Assembly: GCA_039933845.1 (NCBI GenBank)
Contig: JBDTNH010000004.1
Span: 259-64,258, forward strand
Source of the DNA: Gemmatimonadota bacterium
Lineage (GTDB): Bacteria; Gemmatimonadota; Gemmatimonadetes; Gemmatimonadales; GWC2-71-9
Length of the DNA stretch: 64,000 nucleotides
Direction of reading: 5' to 3'
Below are positions 63,945-64,000 of the stretch, piece by piece (the first letter of the stretch is position 1; each line of letters begins with the position of its first letter). The position numbers and the translations under genes were made by a program. The notes below the pieces were generated by a model. It was not told where the DNA came from and ran no database searches. It was given only the letters and a program-made list of their open reading frames with translations.

Positions 63945-64000
63945 CGCGAGCGGCGGAGCTACTCGACGCCGCCACCATGCAGGGCGCGCAGTCGTCGCGC

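Noticed and set aside
1-64000. Mobile elements, prophage or genomic island
   Set aside because: I found no integrase, transposase, recombinase, phage structural or conjugation genes, and no flanking direct repeats at the tRNA genes. Visible composition is uniform apart from short AT-richer promoter-like patches.
63959-64000. Possible 3' end of a minus-strand gene (TAG at 63959-63961) running off the window
   Set aside because: Only about 14 codons are visible, which is too little to support a feature.

Overview
High-GC bacterial chromosomal window. The gene content suggests a Gemmatimonadota-like organism: a TPR-tailed Ser/Thr kinase, a BNR propeller lipoprotein, TAT-exported oxidoreductases and many lipoproteins. 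This placement is inference only. I support about 70 tightly packed CDS, many joined by 1-4 nt start/stop overlaps, and two tRNA genes (Gln-CUG and Ala-CGC, neither with an encoded CCA). I saw no rRNA, CRISPR array, transposase, integrase or prophage genes. Most genes are housekeeping or envelope functions: L,D-transpeptidase, M48 protease, LepB, MlaFED, FolE, RNase Z, NadE, MutY-like glycosylase, Ada, MntR-MntH and ApbE. Many long ORFs in the six-frame track are antisense shadows of these genes and are listed as rejected. Five things deserve a second look. (1) Three translationally coupled tandem paralogs at 48722-52147 combine an unknown N-terminal domain with a QueC/ExsB-like core that has a degenerate PP-loop and a four-Cys cluster; no known partner genes are nearby. 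(2) An overlapping gene pair at 58701-63267 encodes a PglX/Eco57I-like N6-adenine methyltransferase and an SNF2-type helicase, with no recognisable nuclease and no BREX or DISARM partners. (3) A dispersed family of purine-rich heptamer tandem repeats, (GCGAGAA)n, sits directly after stop codons or in divergent promoter regions, including a large inverted pair at 22216-22441. (4) A five-gene operon at 37829-41202 (thioesterase, patatin, DUF2203-like, membrane protein, TAT-PLP enzyme) is linked by four consecutive 4-nt overlaps. (5) An SPFH gene is followed 3 nt later by a 57-aa ribbon-helix-helix ORF that is too short for the ORF track. All functional calls come from motifs read in the translations; no database search was run.
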